Shown here one piece after another: positions 8,898 through 17,802 of a stretch of 64,000 bases of DNA; the first letter of the stretch is position 1; every line of letters starts with the position of its first letter. This DNA comes from Burkholderiales bacterium. GTDB lineage: Bacteria; Pseudomonadota; Gammaproteobacteria; Burkholderiales; WYBJ01. The stretch is taken from positions 2,551-66,550 of the forward strand of contig JADLAC010000037.1 in NCBI GenBank assembly GCA_020848435.1. Direction: 5' to 3'. The notes under the pieces were generated by a model that was not told the DNA's origin, ran no database searches, and saw only the letters and a list, made by a program, of their open reading frames with translations. The translations under genes were made by a program, and so were the position numbers.

Positions 8898-10343
8898 ATG
8901 GACATGAGCGCGACGACCTGGATTCGCAATGCTGCCTGGGTGGTCGCCTGGGATGCGAAGCGGCAGGCTCACCGCTACCTGCGCGATGCAGACGTGGTGT
9001 TCACGGCCAATGTCATCGACCATGTCGGGCCCGGATACCGCGGGCGCTTCGACACGCAGATCGATGGCAGCGAGCTCTGCGTGATGCCGGGCCTGGTCGC
9101 GATCCATTGCCATCCGACCAATCAGCCGATCACGCGCGGCATCCGCGAGGAGCTCGGCAATCCCAAGATGTACATGACGGCCCTGTACGATCGCACCAAT
9201 CTCTGGCCCGCCGACGACGAAGGCATGCTCAACGGCGTGCGCGTGGCACTGGGGGAAATGCTCAAGTCCGGCGTGACCTCGGTGATCGATTTCGCCAACA
9301 AGGTGCCGCAGGGCTGGCTCGACGTGCTGGTCGAATCGGGTCTGCGCATCTTTGCCGCGCCCGCCTTCCGCGACGCGCAATGGGTGGTGAAAGGCGGCTC
9401 GCACTTGACTTACGAGTGGGATGAAAAGGTCGGTCGCGAGGCCATGGAGCGCTCTCTCGCCCTCGTCGAAGCCGCAAGCAAACATCCGAGCGGCAGACTC
9501 GCGGGCGTCATCGCGCCATCGCAGGTGGACACGTGTACCGCCCGCACGCTCCAGGAGAGCGCACGCATTGCCCATGACAGGGGCCTCATGTGGCAGACCC
9601 ACGGCGCGCAGACGCTCAGCGAATTCCACGAGATGACGCGCCGCCACGGCAAGACCCCGGTGCAATGGCTGCACGAAATCGGCGTGCTGGGTCCCTGGGC
9701 GACCGTAGCGCATTGCCTCTTCATCGACGAGCACCCCTGGACGCACTGGGCGGAGCGCGCCGATTTGCGAGTGCTGGCCGAAACGGGAACGACGGTAGCG
9801 CATTGTCCCGTCGTGTTCTCGCGCTACGGCCAGACCATGCATAGTCTCGGCAAGTACCTCCGCGCCGGAGTGAACATCGGCATCGGCTGCGACAGCGCGC
9901 CCCACAACATGCTCGAAGAAATGCGCCAGGCACTCATCCTGTCGCGAGTCGCGAGCGCCGACATCCACGATATCTCCACCAGCGCGGTGTTCCACGCTGC
10001 GACCGTGGGCGGCGCGCGTGCGTTTCGCCGCGAAGATATCGGCCGGCTCGCGGCGGGCGCGAAGGCCGATCTGGTGCTGCTGGACTTGACCAATCGCTAC
10101 ATGCGGCCGATGCGTGATCCGTTGCGCAACCTGATCTACACGGCCGCCGATCGCGCGGTGCGCGATGTCTATGTCGATGGCGTGCGGGTGCTTGCCGCGG
10201 GCGAGGTACGCACAATGGATATACCCGCCGCGACGGCTGCGCTGGAATCCGCCCAGCGCCGCGCCGAAGCGACCGTGGGCCAACGCGATCCCCAGGGCCG
10301 TTCGGGCATCGAAGTTTCGCCGCTGGTACTGCCGCTCGATTGA
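8898..10343 (+). CDS. Metal-dependent amidohydrolase (chlorohydrolase/aminohydrolase, ATZ/TRZ-SsnA-like branch)
   Basis: ...MPGLVAIHCHP... (HxH metal site), ...GIGCDSAPHNMLEEMR..., ...KADLVLLDL... The start is ATG 8898 or ATG 8904; GGGAG at 8892-8896 favours 8904. Confidence 0.8.
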   Translation: MDMSATTWIRNAAWVVAWDAKRQAHRYLRDADVVFTANVIDHVGPGYRGRFDTQIDGSELCVMPGLVAIHCHPTNQPITRGIREELGNPKMYMTALYDRTNLWPADDEGMLNGVRVALGEMLKSGVTSVIDFANKVPQGWLDVLVESGLRIFAAPAFRDAQWVVKGGSHLTYEWDEKVGREAMERSLALVEAASKHPSGRLAGVIAPSQVDTCTARTLQESARIAHDRGLMWQTHGAQTLSEFHEMTRRHGKTPVQWLHEIGVLGPWATVAHCLFIDEHPWTHWAERADLRVLAETGTTVAHCPVVFSRYGQTMHSLGKYLRAGVNIGIGCDSAPHNMLEEMRQALILSRVASADIHDISTSAVFHAATVGGARAFRREDIGRLAAGAKADLVLLDLTNRYMRPMRDPLRNLIYTAADRAVRDVYVDGVRVLAAGEVRTMDIPAATAALESAQRRAEATVGQRDPQGRSGIEVSPLVLPLD

Positions 10344-10363
10344 GCGGCGCGCGGCGGATCGCA

Positions 10364-11356
10364 CTATTCCGGCTTGATGCCGGTCTGCCTCGCGACCTTG
10401 CTGTACTTGGCGATGTCATCGCGCAAGGCGCGAGCGAACGCTTGCGGTGAGCCGCCGACAGGCTCTGTGCCCGCCTTGGCCAGCGCCTCCTTTACCGCTG
10501 CGCTCGACATGGCGGCCACCACGGCCGCATGTAGCCGATTCACGATCGGCATTGGCGTCCCTCCGGTTGCAAGCAGCCCCGTCCAGGACGACGCCTCGTA
10601 GCCCGGAACGCCGGCCTCGCTCAGGGTTGGCACCCGCGGCATCGCCGGCGAACGGACACGCGTGGTGACCCCGAGCGCGCGCAGACGACCCGAGTCCACC
10701 AGCGCGACCACCGCCGCCATCGGCACCATGGCCATCGCGACATAACCCGAGACCACGTCGATCACGGCCTGGGCATTGTTGTTGTAAGGCACCGGGATGA
10801 TGTTCACGCCCGCCATGCCGTTGAACAATGCGAGGCCGAGGTGATTGGCGGTACCCAGACCGCCGAAGGAAGCGGTCAGCTCGCCTGGCCGCGCGCGGGC
10901 GAGCGCGATGAGATCCTTCACCGACCGCACGGACACCGAAGGATGCACGACCAGCACGTTCGGCGCGACGGTGATCTGGCTGATCGGGCTGAGGTCCTTC
11001 AACACGTCGTAGCGCAGGTGGGCGCCGATCGCGGGCGAAATCACCAGCGCGGTCGATCCGAACAGCAGCGTATAGCCGTCTGGCGCGGCGCGCGCAACGC
11101 TCTCCGCCCCGACATTGCCGCCCGCACCCGGCCGGTTGATGATGACCACGGGCTTGCCGAGCTGCTCTTGCATGCCGCGTCCCAACGTCCGCCCCACGAT
11201 GTCGGTAGACCCGCCGGGCCCGAACGGTATCACCAGGGTGATCGGCTTTTCCGGATAAGCCTGAGCGTGGAGGGATACCGGTGCGATCAGCAGGCACGTA
11301 CAAGCGAACAATGTGCGGCTGGCGCTTGACCAGTCGCTATGCAATGCGCATGGCAT
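10364..11356 (-). CDS. Bug/TctC-family periplasmic solute-binding protein
   Basis: 330 aa. Signal peptide, then AYPEKPITLVIPFGPGGSTD, INRPGAGGNVG, PDGYTLLF, IIPVPYNN and a C-terminal ...FARALRDDIAKYSKVARQTGIKPE. Confidence 0.9.
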   Translation of the reverse strand: MPCALHSDWSSASRTLFACTCLLIAPVSLHAQAYPEKPITLVIPFGPGGSTDIVGRTLGRGMQEQLGKPVVIINRPGAGGNVGAESVARAAPDGYTLLFGSTALVISPAIGAHLRYDVLKDLSPISQITVAPNVLVVHPSVSVRSVKDLIALARARPGELTASFGGLGTANHLGLALFNGMAGVNIIPVPYNNNAQAVIDVVSGYVAMAMVPMAAVVALVDSGRLRALGVTTRVRSPAMPRVPTLSEAGVPGYEASSWTGLLATGGTPMPIVNRLHAAVVAAMSSAAVKEALAKAGTEPVGGSPQAFARALRDDIAKYSKVARQTGIKPE

Positions 11357-11431
11357 GGGAGACCATCCGTATGTTCAGAGCAATAGCACGCATCCCGGCA
11401 GCGACGCGCACGTGGTGTGCCGGCTGCGCGT

Positions 11432-12400
11432 TCAGTGCGCCACTTCGAACTTGACGGTCTTCGCCAGGTTGACCCAGCGCGCCAGCTCGCGCCCGATATG
11501 CGCTCTGAATTGCTGCGGTGTCCCAGGGGAGGAGGTCGCGCCAAGGAGCTTGAACTGTTCGTCGATCTTCGGTTCTTGCAGCACTTGCATGAGGATCGCA
11601 TTCAATTGCTCGACGATGGGCTTCGGCGTGCCCTTGGGTGCCAGGATGCCGAGCCAGGTATTCACGTCGAACCCCGGCAAGGCGGACTCCGCGAGCGCAG
11701 GAACATCGGGCAGCGCGACGCTTCGCTTCTGACTGCTTACCGCGAGCGGCTTGACCCTGCCCGACGTGACGAACGGACGCGAGGACGTGGTCGTCGCGAA
11801 CATGAAGCTGATGCGTCCGGCCGCCAGGTCGGTCAAGGCTGCGCTCGCGCCTTTGTACGGGACGTGCTCGATCTGCACGCCAGCCATCTCGCGGAAGACT
11901 TCCGCGGTCAGATGCGGACCCGAGCCGTTGCCCACCGAGCCGTAGGTGAGCACACCGGGCTTCGCCTTCGCCAGGGCGATCAACTCCTTGGCGGATTCGA
12001 CGCGCACCGCGGGACCGACGACCAGCACCGTGGGGATGATCGCCACCAGCCCGATCGGCTCGAAATCCTTCTCGGTGTCGTACGGGAGCTTCTTGAACAC
12101 GACCGGATTGGAAGCGAAATTGGACGCGGCCAACAAGAGCGTGTAGCCATCCGGCGTGGCCTTGGCGACCAGCTCATGCCCGGGCAAGCCGGCGCCGCCG
12201 CCGCGATTGTCGACGATGACCGACTGCCCCAGCAGCTCCGATATCCGCGGCGTCACCAGGCGTCCGATGACGTCGCTGCTGCCGCCTATGCCCAGCGGAA
12301 TGATGAGCCTGATCGGCCGGTTGGGGTAGCTCTGTGCAGCCGCCTGACCGGCGGCGAGCACGCTGGAGAAAAGCAAAAGACCGCGGGCAAAGCTATTCAT
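11432..12400 (-). CDS. Bug/TctC-family periplasmic solute-binding protein
   Basis: 322 aa. MNSFARGLLLFSSVLAAGQAAAQSYPNRPIRLIIPLGIGGSSD, DNRGGGAG, PDGYTLLL, HVPYKG. Confidence 0.9.
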   Translation of the reverse strand: MNSFARGLLLFSSVLAAGQAAAQSYPNRPIRLIIPLGIGGSSDVIGRLVTPRISELLGQSVIVDNRGGGAGLPGHELVAKATPDGYTLLLAASNFASNPVVFKKLPYDTEKDFEPIGLVAIIPTVLVVGPAVRVESAKELIALAKAKPGVLTYGSVGNGSGPHLTAEVFREMAGVQIEHVPYKGASAALTDLAAGRISFMFATTTSSRPFVTSGRVKPLAVSSQKRSVALPDVPALAESALPGFDVNTWLGILAPKGTPKPIVEQLNAILMQVLQEPKIDEQFKLLGATSSPGTPQQFRAHIGRELARWVNLAKTVKFEVAH

Positions 12401-12706
12401 TCTGAATAATCATCCGAAAGACAGACGCCGTGCTTGGGCGCGAAGCTCGCGCACCACGCACCCTTGCGCGTCGAGCACGCGAGCCGATGGCAATGATAGC
12501 CGGACACGCGCCACGCCGTCGCGCCGCGCGGTCGCGTCCGACGCGCTGTTCGTGCAGCGTCGCTTCCCGGCGACGGCAGTGGCAGCGCCTCGGTTGTACA
12601 CACCGACGCTCGGCAGCGGGCATGCGTCGTGCAATTCCTTGGTCGCCACATCCGACAGGAGCAAGCCGTGGAAGTCATTGCAATGATCTGAATCGAGAAT
12701 CAAGCC

Positions 12707-13231
12707 ATGGACACACACACAAGCTCAGCGCGCACGGCGCTGCAAATAGCACTCTTGGCCTGCCTGGGATCGGCGCTCGCTCCGATTGCAGCCTCCGCCC
12801 AGGATCTTCAGCCGCGCAGCCGCACCGTTTTCAAGTGCGAAACCGATAGCGCGACCCTCTATACGGATGCACCCTGCGCCGGCTCCGGCAAGACCGACAC
12901 GGTGCGGCTGCACTTCGCTGCGGCCGCGCAGTCCGATCGAATCGAACCCGAGCTACAAGCAAACACGCCGCGCGATGCCCACGCCGAGGCAGCGCCGGGG
13001 GCCGGCGCGCTCGAACCCAGGCTGCGCGCACAACAACGCATCGCGAGCCTCGCGCACACCCCGCAGGCTGAATGCCCGCACCTGAGCCAGCGCATGGCGT
13101 TGGTGGAAGCCGAGGAACGCACCGCGACGAGCTTTACCATTCGCGCCATCCAGGACCGGCTCACCGTCCAGCGCAATCGCTTCCGCGAGCTGGGTTGCGA
13201 GCAAGTCGGATTCCAGATGACATTGGGCTAG
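12707..13231 (+). CDS. Secreted hypothetical protein, DUF4124-like N-terminal motif
   Basis: Signal peptide MDTHTSSARTALQIALLACLGSALAPIAASAQ. The following ...VFKCETDSATLYTDAPC... resembles the DUF4124 signature. The rest is low-complexity and helical. No clear RBS. Confidence 0.5.
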   Translation: MDTHTSSARTALQIALLACLGSALAPIAASAQDLQPRSRTVFKCETDSATLYTDAPCAGSGKTDTVRLHFAAAAQSDRIEPELQANTPRDAHAEAAPGAGALEPRLRAQQRIASLAHTPQAECPHLSQRMALVEAEERTATSFTIRAIQDRLTVQRNRFRELGCEQVGFQMTLG

Positions 13232-13324
13232 GCCTGCGCGCACCAGTAGACGCCGAGCTTCGCAGGTCACCCGGGGGTGCGCTGCGTTGCGCTTTCGCCG
13301 TAGTAGGGGAACATGGCGCGCCGT

Positions 13325-14692
13325 CTATTCCCGCAACAGCGCACCGAGCGCCCGGACGCTCGGCAAACGGGCGCTATCAGCCACGGTCGCGATGAGGCTC
13401 GCGACGGCCGCTGGCGGCTGCGTGCGACCGGCGAGCCGCTTGAATTTCTCCAATAGCTCCGTGTGTGTACAAGGGTCGGCGGGCATGCCATGCGGATCGA
13501 GCACGGCGCCGCTCTTGCACTCGCCGTTGGCGAGCTCGAGCTCGACTCGCGCCCCGTAGTGCCGCGGATAGGCGGCCTCCATTTCCGGATCGACCACGAT
13601 TTCGATTCGACGCGCGGCCACGCGCCGATCGGGATCATCGACTGCCTCGGCGGAATACATCGCCGGATCCGCGGGGTCGCCCATGAGCGCCAGCGCACAG
13701 CAATAGGGAATGCTGAACTGCGCGCCGAAGGTATCGAGCGGAGCGACCGCCCCGTTCTGCGCTTTCGCATACGCGGACACGCCGACACGAACCTTGGCAA
13801 TTTCGTCGAGCGCGAGCGGCCGCGGCCCGCGCATCGTCACGAGCTGCTGCACCGCGGCCTGGATCCATGCGCAGCAGGGATAGATCTTCACGTACACATG
13901 CTCGACCGCCCAGTGCTCGCCGAGACCCGCGCGGAGCCGCTCAGGCTGGGCGCCATCGCCGGCGATCACGTCCAACAGGCCGAAGCGGCCATCGAGCGCC
14001 GTCGGCGGCGCGGTGAAGCCGCGCGCCGCGAGCTGCGCCATGCGCAGCCCGGCCTCGGCGGCGCGGCCCGCGTGCATGCGCTTTTCCATGCCGCCACCGC
14101 CCCCGGTCGCGAACGCCTTGGTTCCCGACGCGCAGGCGCAAGCAAGACACACCGCTGTGAAGAGCTGATCCGCCGGCAGGCGCAGCACCACGGCCGCCGC
14201 GGCGGCGGCGCCGAGCGGTCCCGCGACCGCCGTCTTGTGATAGCCGCGCTGCGCTGGCGCCACTCCCAGCGCGAGACCGACCCGATTCAACACCTCGTAG
14301 CCCGCGATGATGCCGAGCAACAGGCGCGCCCCGCTGGCATCGATCGCCTCGGCGGCGGCAAAGGCCGTGGACACCACGATCGCACCCGGATGGACGATCG
14401 CCTCGTCGAGATGGTCGTCGAGCTCGAAGCCGTGCGCGGCCGTGCCATTGCACAGGGCCGCCGCCGGCGCGGGTACCGTCCGCCGATGACCCACGATGGT
14501 CGAACGACCGGTCGCAGCTTCGGCCAGCATTTCGGCGGCCATGATGCGCGACCACGGCTCCGGCGCACCGAAAAGCGCGCAGCCGAGCGTATCAAGCAGC
14601 GCCCATCGAGCGGCCTCGGCCACGCTCGCGGGCGCCGCGGCCAAGCGGAGGCCATGCAGGAAATCGGTAAGCTCGCGCGCGCAAGCCGTCAT
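13325..14692 (-). CDS. MmgE/PrpD family protein (2-methylcitrate dehydratase superfamily), paralogue 1
   Basis: 455 aa. ...LLDTLGCALFG...ALCNGTAAHGFELDDH...VHPGAIVVSTAFAAAE...GYEV..., the typical PrpD N-domain pattern. It starts 9 nt after the stop of the upstream reductase gene. Confidence 0.9.
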   Translation of the reverse strand: MTACARELTDFLHGLRLAAAPASVAEAARWALLDTLGCALFGAPEPWSRIMAAEMLAEAATGRSTIVGHRRTVPAPAAALCNGTAAHGFELDDHLDEAIVHPGAIVVSTAFAAAEAIDASGARLLLGIIAGYEVLNRVGLALGVAPAQRGYHKTAVAGPLGAAAAAAVVLRLPADQLFTAVCLACACASGTKAFATGGGGGMEKRMHAGRAAEAGLRMAQLAARGFTAPPTALDGRFGLLDVIAGDGAQPERLRAGLGEHWAVEHVYVKIYPCCAWIQAAVQQLVTMRGPRPLALDEIAKVRVGVSAYAKAQNGAVAPLDTFGAQFSIPYCCALALMGDPADPAMYSAEAVDDPDRRVAARRIEIVVDPEMEAAYPRHYGARVELELANGECKSGAVLDPHGMPADPCTHTELLEKFKRLAGRTQPPAAVASLIATVADSARLPSVRALGALLRE

Positions 14693-14701
14693 TGCGAAAT
14701 C

Positions 14702-16786
14702 CTAAATGCTGTTGCCGACCCGCGCACCGTCGTGAATCGCGTGCAGGATGGTACGTCCCTGCACACAGTCCCCGGCCGAATGGACCGCAAAGGGCCCGCC
14801 CGCGAGCGCTTCGGCCAGCGCCGGATTCGGCGCCAGCGGCAAAGCCGTGATCACGCTATCGGCCGGCAGGGTTTGCACGCCGCCATCGCTCGTGCGCACG
14901 ACGACGCCCTGCGCCGTGATCTCCCGGCACTGCGCCCGGGTAAGCATCGTGACCCCTTTCTCGGCGAGCCAATCCAGCAGGCGAGGTTTCATCGCGGTGG
15001 GAATGCCTTCGCCCAACTGGGCTGACTCCTCGACCACGGTCACCTGACGGCCGCGCTTGACCAGAAAGGCGGCGCTCTGGCACCCCTGCAACAAGCCGCC
15101 GACAACAACGACGCGCTTGCCGACGGGCAGCCAGAACCGGGTCATCCCTCCCAAGACCCGCGGCCCGAAAAGCCTGAGATACGGCGCAGCCAAGCGGCCG
15201 AGCGTCGCACCGCTCAGCACATTCGTGCGCTCTATGCCGGGTATCCGCGGGGAAACGTCCTGTCCGCCGGCGGCAACGATGATGACATCCGGATTGAGCG
15301 CGCGCGCCATCGGCGCCGTGAGCTCTCGGCGCAGCATGATGCGCACGCCGAGTTTTCGGAGCTGGGTTTCGAAGTAGGCGATGAGCGCCGGCAAGTCCTC
15401 GATGGTCGTGCTCTTGATCAGCGCCGCCAGCGGCATGGAGCCGCCGAGGCGATGCGACTTCTCGTAGAGCACGACCGCATGACCTCTGGCAGCGGCAACG
15501 CGCGCGGCTTCCATTCCGGCGGGGCCTCCGCCCACCACGACGACACGCTTTTTCGCCGCGACCGGCCGTATCGCGTACTCCTGCTCTCTTCCCAAGGCCG
15601 CGTTGACTCGGCACGCTGCCGGCCGGTATCTGCCGAACGCTGTGCGGCATTCCAGGCAGGCCATGCACGGCCTGATGTCCTCGGGTCTGCCCTCGAGCAG
15701 CTTTCTGGGCAATGCCGGATCGGCCATCAAGCGCCGGCCCATCGCGATGGCATCGGCCATACCATGGCGCAGCACCCGCTCACCGAGCGCCGGGCCCAGG
15801 CTGCCCACGGCGATCACCGGAATCTTGACCGCCTGCTTGATCGCGGCAGCGCGGCTTGCTATGACCCCCGGCTTCCTGACGAGCCGTGCCAGCGGCACGC
15901 TCGGCTCGGGGTAGAGCAACTGCTCGGGGTATTGCACCCACGAATAAGCACCGTAGCCGTAGCCCCAACCCGTGACGTGAATGATGTCCAGACCCGCGCG
16001 CTCGAGTATGGTCGCGAATGCCACGCTTTCTTCGGAGGTGATACCGAGCTCGTGGCCCCACTCCTCGCCGTTGACGCGCATGCCGATCGCGAAATCGGAT
16101 CCGACCCGCGCCCGGATCGCGCGCACGATGTCGGCCGCGAATCGGGCCCGGTTTTCGAAGCTCTGAGCGCCGTAATCGTCGTCGCGCCGGTTCCAGGCTC
16201 GCGACAGGAAGCTGTTGACCAGGTACGAGTGCCCAGCATGCACCTCCACGCCGTCGAAGCCGCACTGCTTCGCGCGCCATGCCGCCGCGGCGTGCTTCTC
16301 GACGCTGCGCTCGATATCGGCCAGCGTCATGGCGCGCGGCGGATCGTAGGCGACTCTAGGATCGGATACGGGCAGCTCGCCGGCGCTCAGCGCCGATGCC
16401 GCCAAGGGCGGCATACTCGCGAATTTCGCGGCCGGACCATTGTGGCTCAGTTGCAGAAAGGTCGGGCAGGCGTGCGCGTGGATCGCTGCGGCCAGGCGTG
16501 AGAACGAAGGCATGAACGCATCGTCATCGATGCGCAGCCGGTTCTCCCCCTTGCCGCCGATCGGATAGTCGACGCAACTGCTCTCGACGATCAACAGCCC
16601 GACCCCGCCCTGCGCGAGCGCCTCGTAATGGGCGAGCTGCATCGCGCTCGCGTTGCCGTCCTCGGCCGCGAAACCCAGCACTTGCGCGGGCTTGACGATG
16701 CGGTTGCGCAGCGTGACCTGGTTTACCCGCAGCGGCTCGAGCAGCCGGGGAAAGTCGTGGCGGATGGCTTCGCTCGCCTCAGCCAT
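14702..16786 (-). CDS. OYE-family FMN / Fe-S / FAD-NAD(P) oxidoreductase (2,4-dienoyl-CoA reductase FadH-like architecture)
   Basis: 694 aa. N-terminal TIM-barrel OYE part (...LRNRIVKPAQ...VEVHAGHSYLVNSFLS...), a Cys cluster RPCMACLECRTAFGRYRPAAC, then dinucleotide folds VVVVGGGPAGMEAARVAAARGHAVVLYEK and ...RVVVVGGLLQGCQSAAFL... Confidence 0.85.
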   Translation of the reverse strand: MAEASEAIRHDFPRLLEPLRVNQVTLRNRIVKPAQVLGFAAEDGNASAMQLAHYEALAQGGVGLLIVESSCVDYPIGGKGENRLRIDDDAFMPSFSRLAAAIHAHACPTFLQLSHNGPAAKFASMPPLAASALSAGELPVSDPRVAYDPPRAMTLADIERSVEKHAAAAWRAKQCGFDGVEVHAGHSYLVNSFLSRAWNRRDDDYGAQSFENRARFAADIVRAIRARVGSDFAIGMRVNGEEWGHELGITSEESVAFATILERAGLDIIHVTGWGYGYGAYSWVQYPEQLLYPEPSVPLARLVRKPGVIASRAAAIKQAVKIPVIAVGSLGPALGERVLRHGMADAIAMGRRLMADPALPRKLLEGRPEDIRPCMACLECRTAFGRYRPAACRVNAALGREQEYAIRPVAAKKRVVVVGGGPAGMEAARVAAARGHAVVLYEKSHRLGGSMPLAALIKSTTIEDLPALIAYFETQLRKLGVRIMLRRELTAPMARALNPDVIIVAAGGQDVSPRIPGIERTNVLSGATLGRLAAPYLRLFGPRVLGGMTRFWLPVGKRVVVVGGLLQGCQSAAFLVKRGRQVTVVEESAQLGEGIPTAMKPRLLDWLAEKGVTMLTRAQCREITAQGVVVRTSDGGVQTLPADSVITALPLAPNPALAEALAGGPFAVHSAGDCVQGRTILHAIHDGARVGNSI

Positions 16787-16810
16787 GGGGCACCGTGTGC
16801 ATGTCGGGTT

Positions 16811-17758
16811 TCACCTCTCTTTGGCGACAGCCCTGACGATCTTTCCCCAGCGCGCCAGCTCGCTCTTGACATACCCGCGCATGTCCTCGGGACTGCCCGG
16901 ATCGGGCTCGTGCCCCTGTGCGATCAGGCGATCGGCCAACTCGCGATTCGCCAGCGCGCGCGAGGTCTCCGCGTTGAGCTTCAACACGATTTCCGGCGGC
17001 GTTTTCGCGGGCGCCACGACACCGTACCACGTGACCACCTCGAAGCCCGGGAATGTCTCCGCGATCGCGGGCGTATCGGGCATGAGGGTAGATCGCCTGG
17101 TCCCACCGATGCCGAGCAGCGTAAGACGTCCCGCCTTGACGTGCGGGAGCGCCGTGGCGGTGCTGTTGAACAGGAGCTGCACCTCGCCGGCGACCAAGGC
17201 CGTGACCGCCGCCACGCCGCCCTTGTAGCTCACGTGTTGAATGTCGATGCCGGCGTGCAGCTTCAGCAGCTCCGACCCCAGGTGCGGCGTGCTGCCCGTA
17301 CCGAGCGAGCCGATGTTGAGATAGCCCGGCTTGGCCCTCGCCACGGCCGCGAGCTCGCTCACGGTCCGCGCCGGGACCGAGGGATGGGCGACCAGCACCA
17401 TCGGACTCTTGACGATCATGCTGACGAAGGCGAAGTCCTTTAGCGGATCGTAGGGCGTTTCCTTTTGCAACAACGGCGCGAAAACCATCGTTGCGCCCGA
17501 TGCGAGCAGCAGCGTGTAGCCGTCGGCGGCGGCGCGCGTCACGAGCGAGGCGCCAATGATGCCCCCCGCGCCCGGACGCGAATCGACCACGACCTGTTGT
17601 CCCCAGGCCTCGGTGAACTTCTGCCCTAGCAGGCGCCCGACGAGCTCGGCGGGCCCGCCCGCGGCCACGGTATTCACGACGCGGATCGGCCTGGTCGGAT
17701 AGCCCTGGCCGAGGCTGATCGACGTCCAAGTCAAGAGGAGCATCAGCCAAGCCTGCAT
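16811..17758 (-). CDS. Bug/TctC-family periplasmic solute-binding protein
   Basis: ATG 17758 follows AAGGA; the alternative ATG 17785 is 9 codons upstream. MQAWLMLLLTWTSISLGQGYPTRPIRVVNTVAAGGPAE, DSRPGAGG, ADGYTLLL, HVSYKG. The 466-aa track ORF runs into the UbiD gene and is rejected. Confidence 0.85.
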   Translation of the reverse strand: MQAWLMLLLTWTSISLGQGYPTRPIRVVNTVAAGGPAELVGRLLGQKFTEAWGQQVVVDSRPGAGGIIGASLVTRAAADGYTLLLASGATMVFAPLLQKETPYDPLKDFAFVSMIVKSPMVLVAHPSVPARTVSELAAVARAKPGYLNIGSLGTGSTPHLGSELLKLHAGIDIQHVSYKGGVAAVTALVAGEVQLLFNSTATALPHVKAGRLTLLGIGGTRRSTLMPDTPAIAETFPGFEVVTWYGVVAPAKTPPEIVLKLNAETSRALANRELADRLIAQGHEPDPGSPEDMRGYVKSELARWGKIVRAVAKER

Positions 17759-17802
17759 GACAAATCCTTGGTTCAGCTTTCGCATGGCATCAAGCCATCC
17801 GC